The position numbers and the translations under genes are program-made. Shown here piece by piece: positions 52,351-64,000 of a DNA stretch of 64,000 nucleotides. The stretch is taken from NCBI GenBank assembly GCA_951406725.2, contig OX597816.1:112220001-112284000 (forward strand), in the 5' to 3' direction. Below the pieces are notes generated by a model. It did not search any database, was not told the DNA's origin, and saw only the letters and a list, made by a program, of their open reading frames with translations. How positions within the stretch are numbered: position 1 is the stretch's first letter; each line of letters begins with the position of its first letter. Origin of the DNA: Octopus vulgaris (Eukaryota).

Positions 52351-53617
52351 TTGGGTTGGCAACTAAGTTCTCACCATTTTCTTAAATTTAAATTTTTAAA
52401 AGGTTTAATAAAAAATAACAACTAATTAATCAATAATGTATTCACCCTTGTTGTTTACAACTTCTTCCCAATGTTCAACAAGATTTTTCAATACCTTGTT
52501 GGTAGAAATCACCTGATTTCGACTCGAAAAATTGATCCAACCAAGCTCTCAATTCTGCATCAGTATTGAACGAAACTCTGCACATAGCATTTAAAAGAGA
52601 TCGAAAGAGGTGGAAATCTGTTGGTGCCAAATCAAGAGAGTATGGTAGGTGTGGCAGCACTTCCCAGTCATGCGTTTGAATGGCTTCCTTGGTCATATTG
52701 GCGATATGAGGGTGGCGTTGTCATGCAGCAGAACTCCATGCTGCTGATTAGGTCTTTTCTCTTGAATAGCCGTGTTGAGTGGTTCCATCTGTTGAATATA
52801 GAGTTCCGCATTGACTGCTTGGTTCCGTTCAAGCAATTCATAATACATAATCCCTCCCCAGTCCCACCATATGCACAACTTCGTTTTATGTGGATGGAGA
52901 TCTTGTTTCACACGTGGTGTCACTTGTTTACCAGGGCTAAGCCATTCCTTACACTGCTTCATATTGATGTACAGGCATCATTTTTCGTCACCAGTAACAA
53001 TTGGGTAAAGAAATTGTCGCTTGTGTCCATGAGTTGAGCGGTGACGAGCAAGCAAACCAGCAGAGATTGTGGCTCATTGATTTTTACTGTTGTTACTTAA
53101 AGCACACAGAACCCATGCTCCATACTTCTGAACCTTTCCCATCGGGTGAAGATGCTTCTCTATAGAAGTGTGGGAGCATTCCATTTTCTCTGCCAGTTCC
53201 CTTGTCGTTTGATGAGAATTTTCGTGCAAAAGTTGGTTTAATCACTCTTCCTTGAACTCAACTGGATGGCCAGAACAAGGTGCATCTTTGAGGTCAAAAT
53301 TTCCACTTTTGAACTTGGCATACCAATCACGAGCGGTTCTTTCAGCTTTGGCACCCTCTCCATACACAGCATAAATGTTACAAGCAGCTTTTGCAGCCTT
53401 GGAACTTTGATTAAAAGCAAAAAGAAGGAGGTGTCAAAAATGCTCAAGTTTCTAAACTTGACATTTCATTTTAATGATCTGAAAATAAATAAGCAAAAAT
53501 TAACTAAAATTAACTAGAAAAAAACAAAATAGATTCCAAAGTGATTCAAAAATAGAATTCGCAAAAAAAATAGATTCCAAAATTTAAAAAAACAGCAGTA
53601 ACTTAGTTGCCAACCCA

Positions 53618-53618
<1 letters not shown>
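52351..53618 (-). mobile_element. Full-length (1268 bp) mariner transposon with defective transposase
   Basis: Perfect 19-bp TIR TTGGGTTGGCAACTAAGTT at both ends, TA flanks. Confidence 0.95.
52426..53469 (-). pseudogene. Mariner DD34D transposase with stops and frameshifts
   Basis: MKCQV*KLEHF*HLLLFAFN..., LVTGDEK, LCIWWD, LHDNA, HLPYSLDLAPTDFHLF, WEEVVNNKGEYIID*. Confidence 0.9.
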
Positions 53619-53649
<31 letters not shown>

Positions 53650-53920
53650 CTACACACACACACACACACAAATATAAGGAATACTGTTAATTTTCTATAC
53701 ATATATATGTTGTTGACAAATGAATTTATAAACTTCAAGAGAACATGAGTTAATTCTATTCTGGTACAGTCAATCGCGAAGCTGATAAAGCTGTTAATAA
53801 TAGCATATAAATATTGGATCAAAAATGCCCTTGGATAGAAAAAAACTGAATGCTACCTGGGGGACTTGAACTTATATTATTTATAGGTTTATCTGCTTCA
53901 AGATTCACTATTCCAAAATA

Positions 53921-53979
<59 letters not shown>

Positions 53980-54278
53980 GACATACATATATATGGTATA
54001 AATAAATGTACATATACATGAATATACTTAATGACACACACACACACATATATGCAGTTAATCTAACAAAATTCCTTATATTTTTTGTATGCTTTTCATT
54101 CATTTCCTAACACAGTAAAGAAACTTATCAACAGTACATTAATGAAACACCTTTTTCATTTAACTGATTGCAATCATAGGGAAAAAATACAAAAATTAAA
54201 TAATGTTAAGTAAAGTAAAAGAAAAAAACATATTCCCAAATTGGGAAAGTCCTGGAAGAGATTTTCATAATAATAACG

Positions 54279-54326
<48 letters not shown>

Positions 54327-54784
54327 GTGATAATAATGAGGACAATGATGGTGACGATGGTCATGGTTGTGGTGATGGTGGTGGTAATAGTAATAATAAG
54401 TGACTTGATTGTTTCTCTAGCAAAAATGTCTTTGATACTATCATGTGGTTTCTATTTACATGCTGACAATCCAGGAGTATAAATACAAGACTGAAAAAAG
54501 AAAAAAAACAAAGAAAACAAATTATTCAGCACAAAATAAATGAATATCAAGTAAGACTGTGTCAAATATTACCCTATTAAGCCGATTTGTAATTGAAAGA
54601 TACAATATATAATGAAAACAAAATGAAAAGAAATAAAAAGGGTATTATTATTTCTATTGAACAACAAATAATATTTAACACTGAAATAGCTCTTCAGAAT
54701 TAGAACTATGATTTAATATTTGATATATTATCTTAATATAGAAATATTGAGCATTAACACATGTGAGTTTGTGGACCTCTTTGT

Positions 54785-55071
54785 ATGTGTCTATGTATCA
54801 GTACGTATGTATGTATGTATGTATGTATGTATGTATGTATGTATGTATGTATGCATGTATGTACGCATGTATGTGTGTACGTATGTATTTATGTATATAT
54901 GCATGTAGGTGTGCATGCATGTATGTATGCATGTACGATGCATGTATGTATTATATGTATGTATGTGTATATATAAACATATATGTTCCTGTATATATGT
55001 GCATGAAAAATGTGTCTGTATAAATAAAATATTCTAATTTTATGTGTACACATAGATGTGTGCATGTATGT

Positions 55072-55102
<31 letters not shown>

Positions 55103-55160
55103 ATGTGTATACACACACAAACACACACACTCACACAGTCACACATACACACACACAATG
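54785..55160. repeat. (TATG)n/(TA)n/(CA)n compound microsatellite
   Basis: Seen directly; further (TG)n at 55425-55548 and (TA)n at 55654-55730. Confidence 0.95.
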
Positions 55161-55414
55161 TTGTGAAATAATTCTTTTTTGGAACAGTGGGTTTTGAAAC
55201 ACATAAAGATATAAATAATATTGCATGAAAATTTGGGATAGAAAAAAGTAGGTTACCCCTTGGACATGAACCCACATATCCTGTAGGCATGACAAGCATT
55301 CTGTCATTCAAATATAATTTTCTATTTTTTCTGTCCCAAAAGGATTTTCAGCCCAATAGCCATATGCTATTATCTATCACTGTATATGCTTCCAGATCTA
55401 TTTCTCCCAAAATG

Positions 55415-55486
<72 letters not shown>

Positions 55487-55649
55487 TTTGTGTGTATGTG
55501 TGTGTGTGTGTGTGCTTGTGTGTGTATGTGTTTGTGTGTGTGTGTGTTTGTCAAAATGTAAAAGACATTCTCACTTCCCGAGTGTTAAACTAATACATCT
55601 GTTTGTTGTTTACATACCCATCTTTGTCTTTTGTTTTTTTTGTAAGTTC

Positions 55650-55699
<50 letters not shown>

Positions 55700-55874
55700 T
55701 ATATGTATACATATATATGCATATATATATAAATTTTGATTAAGGGTATTTAAGAGATACCACCATGCTAGATAGAGCAGCTAAAACTTATCTCTAACAC
55801 CACATTAAACGTTCTTACAGCACCAGGAGAGAAGACAAACAGACAAAATAAACTAGCAAAAGAATTATTGGATA

Positions 55875-55933
55875 ATTCCAGATCCTGGATTTCTGGCCCT
55901 GCATAAGAAATGCTTTGCCTTCATCAGTGGAAT
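55875..55933 (-). ncRNA. Minimal type I hammerhead ribozyme with intact core
   Basis: AUUCCA CUGAUGA AGGC AAA GCAU UUCUU AUGC AGG GCCA GAAA UCCAGGA UC UGGAAU; AUC site; same strand as the adjacent GIY-YIG ORF. Confidence 0.8.
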
Positions 55934-56240
55934 ATACACAAAATAGTACATAAATACATATATATATATATATATATATATACATACAACATATGAATAC
56001 TTATATATGCATGTATACACACATATATATGCACATATGCACACGACCAGTTTAAATTGCCCGTCTAAACTCCACGTGTTATATGGTCAAAATACCACCG
56101 CAGTGAATATAATGATGAAGTAAATATATAAATTTATATAAATAAGGATAAGATCGTTATTTAAAATACTGATATATGTAAGTATCCGTATGTTGTATAT
56201 ATATATATATATATTTGTATTTATGTACTATTTTGCATAT

Positions 56241-56299
56241 ATTCCACTGATAAAGGCAAAGCATCTCCTATGCAGAGCTAGAAATCTGGGATCTGGAAT
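56241..56299 (+). ncRNA. Hammerhead ribozyme copy with G8A core change (CUGAUAA)
   Basis: AUUCCA CUGAUAA AGGC...GCUA GAAA UCUGGGA UC UGGAAU. Confidence 0.7.
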
Positions 56300-56529
56300 T
56301 ATCCAATAATTTTTTTGCTAGTTTATTTTGTCTCTTTGTTTTCCCTCCAGGTGATGTATGAGCATTTAACGTGGTGTAGAGTCAAGTTTTGGCTGCTATA
56401 TCTAGCATGGTGGCATCTCTTAGATAACCTTAATTATGATTTTAATAATAATTATTACCTATGAGGTTTTTATTCCCATGCTACCCATCTGATATGATCG
56501 GTATTTTAAATAATGATCTTATCCTTATT

Positions 56530-56595
<66 letters not shown>

Positions 56596-57029
56596 TAACA
56601 GAAAGGGAGGAATTTCAATTATCCTCATTTGGTGAAATATAATTTTATATATATATATATATATATAAGAAATTAAAGAAGGACAATGCACACACTTTAC
56701 ATAGTTTTAATATAGTTTTTAATATATTTTTTATTGAGTTTGTTCACCAGTTCCACTTTCACTAATCATGACTGAAAATTATTTTAATTACATATTTTCT
56801 TAAAACAAATTTTTTGCCCATGTTGTGTGGAGAGTCTATGAATGAATGATTCAACAAGTAGAAAAATCTAAGGGAAGGTAATTGGTAATCGCTATTATTG
56901 TGGACAGGGGAGATAATTGTCATCTTTCAGTGTGGTGGGGTGGGGAATAAATATGCACAAAAATTCAAAATCTAGAGTAGTGGGGAGAAATATGTACAAT
57001 GATGGGTATGTAATAGTGAATTAAAGTAT

Positions 57030-57900
57030 GTATAGAGATCAAAGTTGGTTACATATGCATATATAGACATGTTCTGTATTTTTTTATGAATAGACTTTCT
57101 TTATTTAAAAGTTCTTGTATAGAAATTGTAGCTATGCACTGATAGAAGGGGAAAACTGTGAAATTTGGTTTGATGTTACCTGCACATCTCTAGGTATTCA
57201 CTAAAAGAAAACTTTCTGTATTGTGGGAATTGGATCTGCTGTTTATATAGAGTGGTTGACTTTCTCAATGTCATACTCATCTGTCCTATATAGTTATGCC
57301 CACACTCCAAGCAGGTTATTACATAAATTAGATTCTCAGATGCACAAATGAAGTTGGTTTTAATTATGAATATTTCTCCTTGTTTGAAAAGGAAATCCTG
57401 GCCTTCAAGTAGGTTGGGGCATGTTCCACAGTTTGGGCGTCCATATTTTTTAACCATTGGTTTCGTGGTTGTTGTGTAAAGCTTCGCATTTGTTAGAAGT
57501 CTCTTTAACGATTTGTGTTGCTTTTTGCATTTGATAAATTTATGTGTTTTCATGATGTTGTTCACTTTTGGGTCTCTAGTTAGTAAAGGAAGATTTTGCA
57601 CAACAGTGTTGTATGCCTCATTATTTCTAGGGTTGTGAGTTGATATATACAGTAGTGTTTTGAGATGAGGTGTGGTGTTGTTTTGTTCTCCTTAGTGTTG
57701 CTATGCCTAATTTCTTGGCATGATAAATTCCATCATCTATAAGCAAGGGTGGATATTGTCTTTCAGTTTTGAGGTCATAAAGACAAAGGTCCTGAGTAGT
57801 TCTATCAGATATGTGCAAGTCCTTTTTGCCAAATTAAAGGAGATATTTATTTTGATGCGTTTTGGATGGCATGAGCTAAAAAGGAGATGTTGCTTCGAAT
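57030..57900 (-). pseudogene. Penelope-like element: RT thumb, linker and GIY-YIG endonuclease
   Basis: DSKQHLLFSSCHP; CGTC; CASENLIYVITCLECGHNYIGQ. Confidence 0.9.
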
Positions 57901-58273
57901 CCATTCCAACCAAGAATAATTAATGAAAAGGCATTATTGGTTTCCTTCGATGTTATCAATCTTTATACCAGCATCCCACATGACTATGGAATAAAAGCAA
58001 TCAAATTCTGGTTGGAAAAGTATCCTGAATGCATAAATCAGGTCTTTGTCATTGAATCTTTAAAATTTATACTTTAGAACAATTATTTCCTATTTGATGA
58101 CACCTACTATCATCAAAAATGCAGATTTGCAATGGGAACAAAAGCAGCCCATGTTCTAGCGAACCTAATAATGGGTTTATTTTGAATTCACCATATATGA
58201 AGTGTCACTGCAAAAATATGGTTATCCATTTCACCTTTATATAAGAGAAAATTGGTAAAGATACTTGGATGAC
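57901..58273 (+). pseudogene. Penelope-like RT core, inverted relative to the adjacent GIY-YIG segment
   Basis: LVSFDVINLYTSIPH, NNYFLFDDTYYHQ, AMGTKAA..LANL.MG, W*RYLDD. Confidence 0.88.
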
Positions 58274-59299
58274 TACAGAGTGGGCTGAGTGCTTTTTACA
58301 CAGCACCAGCACAGGTGAGGTCAGTTTTGGCATGGCTTTTACAACTAGATGCCCTTCCAAATGCCAACCACTTTACAGTGTGGACTGGATGTTTTTTAAG
58401 TGGCACCAGCACTGGCAGGGTCACCAAGTAACTTTGCAAGTAACTTTGCAAGACAAGGAATCTTTGAGTGGAAAGGAATCATTGGGGGAGGCAATTTTGT
58501 ATCAGATGATGAAAGGTTAGAGTGTGAGAGAGAGACAGAAAGAGATGTCCAAGACATCCATTTCTATCTTTTTCTTACACTCTAACCTTTCATCATCTGA
58601 CACAAGATCACCTCCTCCAAGTGAAGGATTCCTAGTTCTCATTAGTAGTTCTCATTAGAACTACCTTCTAGGAGAAAGTAACCATGTATAAAAACCCATG
58701 TGATTATTAAAAGCAAGAACAACTGTACATATGGTGTGTTTAGTCAGCAACTATGTACACCTTTATCTGACTACAAACACATTGCTTATAAGCCCACTAA
58801 TATAAGTTTAAAGTAAGCTGTATAGACCAAATTGCACAGTCAGGACTTTGTGGCTATACACTTGAACATTAAGTTATTGGCTTGCTAATAAATATTGGAG
58901 GGTAAAAGGTATGTTATAGCAACAAAACACAATACTGCTAACAGACCTATAATTTAATGTTCAACCTCACTGTCAAGCAAGTAGTAGTTAAATATAGTTT
59001 CTAATGTAGGCATAAGGCCTGACATTTGTGGGAGGGGGTTAGTTGATTACATTAATTTCACTGCTGAAATGGTGCTTATTTTATCAACTCTGAAGGATGA
59101 AATGCAAGTCAATTTTAACTCAGAATGTAAAAAGTCAGAAGGGAAAGTACTAAATATGCAAATAGGTCTTTTTAGGTTACTTTAACCTCTAATTAGTGGG
59201 TTCTACTGAAATTAATGCAAAATTGGACATAACTTCCTTTTATTTACTCATACAAGTCATTTCAAACTGCACTTTTTAGTTTAGCAACTCTTCTTTCAT

Positions 59300-60575
59300 A
59301 CAAAGGTACAATTTAATTTAATCTCCTTCAAATGATGCATTTGTGCCATCGTTGAACTTTACTCTTGGATCCACTTTCATTAGACAGAATAGGTAGTAGT
59401 TTGAAGGTACCAAGATCTGAGTGGAATGGTAAATGAGAGACTACTGACCAGCTCAGTTGGCTGATTGTGTAATTTGTTACCAAAGATGATGTGGCTGCAG
59501 CACATTGTCATGATGAATCCTTTATGCAGTTTTATTTAGTCACATCCTCCTCATGACTTTTCTGAGTATTTTGAGTGTCTCACTGTCTCACTCACAGTTC
59601 ATGATACAGCTGCATTCCATCAAAGAGAATACATGCTTGTTATTATCCAAAATTGTCACCATGACTTTTTACGTCAATCACTGGCTCTTGAACTTCTTAG
59701 GCTTAGAGAAGAAATTTGATGCCATTCCATAGACTTAGCTTTCATTTCCAGATTGTAAAGATATGCCCAAGATTCATCCCCTGTTGCCAGAGATAAAACA
59801 GAGACATGTCTTTGCTGGTTTCAAAAGCTTTCTACAGATCAGCAGATTTCTATATTTCTCTCCTTGAAATTTGGTATCAGTTACCAAGGTACACACTTTC
59901 TAGTACTTAGTGTCTTCTGCCATCTTCTGAAATGCATTGCAACTTCAGTTCAGTTGTGCATCAAGCTTACAGATTATGGTGTGGGTGGTTTAGCTTAATG
60001 GTTCAGAGCACTGCGACGCGTAATCACGGAAGTGTGAGTTTGAGTCTCATAGCCGGCCACCAACACTTTTTTCTGCAAAATAGGGGTAGCTTATCCTGTT
60101 CAGGCTATATTGTTAGCATTATCCTGCGTTTAAGAATTTAAAATCACTTCTTTAACTTTCTAAGACATCTCAATGCCTCTAAAGCAAACTTCGTTTGTTT
60201 GTTTACATTCATTGTAATTTGAGATTGTGATTAGTTTATCCATATCAATCAATTAGCCATTCACTGATGATTATGTATTAATGGTCTTAGTTGATGGTCT
60301 CCCACCACATGGTTTATTTCAATGCTTATTTTTTTCTGTGCATATTACTCTTGTCAATGGTATTATCTCCTTAAGCAATTTGCAACTTCTGTAGATGTCA
60401 GACAGTCTGCACACCTCCTTTGTTTGGAACCCAAACAGATGCAATGAAGAGAACCATGAAGAAGACTTACAATAGAGAAAGAGTTATTCTACCAACAACA
60501 CCAGTTTGAATGACATGTCAGTCTCAATAAAAAGCTATGCCCTTCTGTAGCCTTACTTTTGGTACAACCATTGTG
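59300..60575 (-). mobile_element. Decayed mariner-family element
   Basis: TGDESWAY...SMEWH, KVMVTI and QRWHKC motifs; TIR-like CAATGGTTGTACCAAAAGTAAGG at ~60550-60573. Confidence 0.6.
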
Positions 60576-61308
60576 TGTGTGTGTGTGTGTGCGTGCACAT
60601 AGACAACACAAACACATTATGCACATATATATCTTTGAGTGTCTGTAAATGTGTAAATGTACCACATGTAGACACATTTGGAAACGTAAGGTCTGTGTTG
60701 CTGGTGCTATCTGATCTGTTTTTATAGGTTTTCAGTTCGTATTAGCTGACAGACATTTACAGGATTAATTTACTTATAGTCTTTGATTCTAAAATTTTGT
60801 GATCATATGAATGTTTGCTCTAATATGTGTATGTGTACATGCAAGTGTATGTATACATCTCTTTGTGCTACTTTGTTCTATATAAACACATATATATACT
60901 TATGTGTGTGAGCATATGATCATCTATATACATGGATGGATGGATGTATGTATTATGTATGTATGTATGTATGTATGTATACAATTTTATAAATGTTCAG
61001 CATATAAGTAATGGCTACCAGTGTGATAAGAAATGGGGGAGAAAATAAGATGAATGAATGAGAGAAAAGTCCTTTTCAATTCATCTTATATTTATTGTTA
61101 AATTATATTAGAAATGATGGTTCAATCAGGAACAACAGAAAATCGAAAAGAAGTTCTTTTTGCACACTTACGTGGTTGATATCCTATTCTGTGGTTATGT
61201 GATCAGGAGAGAGAGATATAGAGAAGAGAGTATGAGTGGATTACAAGTATAATCTACCATAATGTATCCCTTAAGCACGTAGCAGATTAGGTCATTCGTA
61301 TCGCAAAC

Positions 61309-61370
61309 CTTCATGATGACAAGTCATATTGCAGCTGAGTTGATGTAACTTTAGGCTGCATTCTGAGCGT
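61309..61370 (+). ncRNA. Possible short box C/D snoRNA
   Basis: C box ATGATGA 61313-61319, D' CTGA 61335-61338, C'-like TGATGTA 61341-61347, D CTGA 61363-61366; D guide ACTTTAGGCTGCATT is antisense to a GAATGCAGCC(C/T)AAAG LSU rRNA-like segment. Confidence 0.3.
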
Positions 61371-62499
61371 GCAACCCATCTGATTTGCTCTTAAACCATG
61401 TCTGTTTTATTGTCAGTGAGTTAGCTTATTTTGAGCTTGACTCATTTGCATTTGCATTTGCCTTTGAATCATTAGTATTTTTGCTGATATCAGTCAATAA
61501 ATTTGATGTGTACTTGTAAAGCATCATTGATTAGTTTGTTCATGACATTATCACTCAATTTGAAAAGCCCAATTACTGGTTATCAAAAGCTTTTGAATTG
61601 GAAATAATGAGTCCCAGTTTCCTATTGATGCAAAGGTCTACTACATTATTCCCTGAGTTGGTTATCACTGAATGAAATCAGAATACAAGCATTGCATGCT
61701 GTGCTACTGATCATAATAGGTTCTGCAAAGAAATGGTAAACAAACAAAGAATATGAGAATACAAATATAGTTTTCAATGAGTACACAAAAAGATGCACAT
61801 TGAAGAATGAATGTGATACAAAGCCAGAAACAAGCATCTTTGATATCAGAAGAGAGAATCTGAACTGGTGTATACATGAATGGGATTTGGTCAGTGTGTA
61901 TATGCATGTAAGACACTAGAAGCCACATTTTTTATGCCTCTCAGTGCATATTCAATTGCATTTGGACAATGTGCAGTACTAGATTGTATACATATGCAAA
62001 TGCATCTGAATAGAATGGAGTACATGGATATGTATAAATGTATGTGCATATTCAAGTGAGTCTGAATATGTTGTAGTGCATATTTAAGTGAGTTTGAATA
62101 TGACAAAGCATATTTAAATGACTCCGAGTATGGTCAGCTATGTCAATCACTTTTCATTAAATGAAGGTGAAGAGAAACACTGCAATTCTTGATCCATGGT
62201 ATAACAACAATTCTTTCCAATCAGCTTCTTTTAAACTTGAGTTAATTGCACTCAAAAATTTCAGTTTATCAATCAATGAATTAGATTTTGACTGTTATTT
62301 AATGTTATTGGTTACCCTCTTCATGACCTCATCACTCAGTTTGAAATTTCCTATTTCGAAATAACAAGTCCTGAGTTTGAACTGAAGCAGAAACCTACTG
62401 TAAAGTTGTGTAATACACACACACATACACACACACACACACACGTGCGCACGCACACACACACACACACACACACACATACATACATATATGCATAGA

Positions 62500-63060
62500 G
62501 GCATCATATGATGTGTGCAAGAGAGAAGACTGCTGGTTTGGTCATGTGATGGTACATGGATAAAGACAGTTGTGTAAAGAAATGCTAGCTCTTATTGTGG
62601 AGGGTACCTGTGGAAGGGGTAGACCCAGGAAGACGTGAGGTGAGATGGTGAGAAAGGATCTTCAGAGGCTGAGCCTCACTGTGAAAATGACAAGAGACTG
62701 GGAGGTGTGGCGTTTTGTTGTACTTGACAAGACACATCAAGATAAGTAAAATCGCTGTCAACCACACATACAGGCTTGTCCTTTCAGTTGCCAGTGCCAC
62801 TTAAAAAGCACCCTTGCCGATGCTGCTTTAACACAGCCATGCCAATACTGCGTAAGTGCACACGTGCCAGTGACGCGTAAAAAGCACCCAGCATACTCTG
62901 TTAAGTGGTTGGCATTAGGAAGGGCATCTAGCTGTAGAAACCATGCCACAACAGACAGTTGGAGTTTGGACAGCTCCCTGCTAGCCATCTGCTTGTCAAA
63001 CCGTCAAACCCATGCTAGCATGGAAAGTGAATGTTAAACGATGATGGTGATGATGATGAT
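62500..63060 (+). mobile_element. RTE LINE 3' end (ORF tail, UTR, (ATG)n tail)
   Basis: RRLLVWSC/GRGRPRKT-like tail homologous to 6366-6600; GGCATTAGGAAGGGCATC motif; GATGATG tail. Confidence 0.85.
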
Positions 63061-64000
63061 AAATATACACGGGAAAGGGTATATATATATATATAAACAA
63101 GCATAACTGTAGTCAGGAATTTACCTTACAATCATTAGATCTCCACTTCAATCCTACTCTGTGCATTTAAATTAGGAAAGTGTATTTTACCATAGTCTTG
63201 GATCTGTGTAAGAAAGCTTAGACAGGAATTGTATGGAATCCTGTCAAAGGAAGCAAATTTATAATTCAGTATTGTGCTTGGCATATTATTGCTTGGCATC
63301 TTAAGGTCAAACTATAGGCTTTAATGTAGAAGGAAAATTAAACAAGGCAACCAAACCATCCTATGCTACATATCTAAGTTGTGTATGTGATGTATCTAAG
63401 AGACATATAAAATGATATTTTCAACACTCTCTCTCTCTCTCTCTCACAAACACACACACACACAAACACTCAAACATATGCACAAACACACACACATGCC
63501 TACACACATACACACACACAAAAGAAAAGGCTGGTATCTTGTAGCTTTCATTGAAAGCATTACACACTAAAATTTCTCGAACACTTTGCTAGATAATTTT
63601 GAAAATCTAATAAGGATTTCCCAGTTGTCGATACTACAAATTACATCTATAAAAAATATAGACTGATTAAACTATTCTTAAGATAATTTTGTGCACCAAG
63701 CTCCTGCTAATATGCTTGTATTTGACTTCTGCTAAATTTCTTCTTAATATCCTTGTGTTACTTAATAAAATTATCCTGTACTGTTTTGGCATAATTTAAG
63801 AACTGAAACTGTATGAAAATAGTATTCCTAAACTTGATCAGCATTTTTATGCTGTTGACTTCACTCTACTAAAAGGTATTGAGCACTTTAGTTAGAAAAG
63901 TTTGCACTTACTTCTATAAAAATAATAATATTTTCTACTCTAGGTACAAAGCCCAAAAATTTTGGGGAGGCGGGGCCAGTTGATTAGATCGACCCCAGTA

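Larger units (their letters stand above)
55739..56434. repeat. Inverted pair of ~220-bp pLTR-like modules (55739-55958 and 56216-56434)
   Basis: Arms are reverse-complement homologs, roughly 80-85% identical by eye; each contains a hammerhead fold. Confidence 0.9.

Overview
AT-rich, repeat-saturated eukaryotic DNA. The mix of tRNA-derived SINEs, RTE LINEs with (ATG)n tails and dense TA/CA/ATT microsatellites suggests an octopus or other coleoid genome (inference). No host protein-coding gene can be called firmly; there are only weak micro-exon candidates. The window holds a young, nearly intact RTE LINE (5591-9360, minus) with APE+RT, a C4HC3 PHD finger inserted inside the RT, one CGA>TGA stop and a 9-unit double-hairpin array in its 3' UTR. 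It also holds R4/Dong-type elements in (TAA)n tracts, Tx1/L1, Penelope, Gypsy, hAT and mariner relics (one full-length mariner with TIRs), MITEs and many nested SINEs. The most notable unannotated signal is a set of at least five minimal type I hammerhead ribozyme folds (5244-5304, 40034-40118, 41094-41220, 55875-55933, 56241-56299), plus degenerate copies. They lie in short non-coding, (TA)n-flanked, often inverted modules, consistent with a Penelope pLTR-derived or retrozyme-like family. All structures were read by eye; relic boundaries are approximate.
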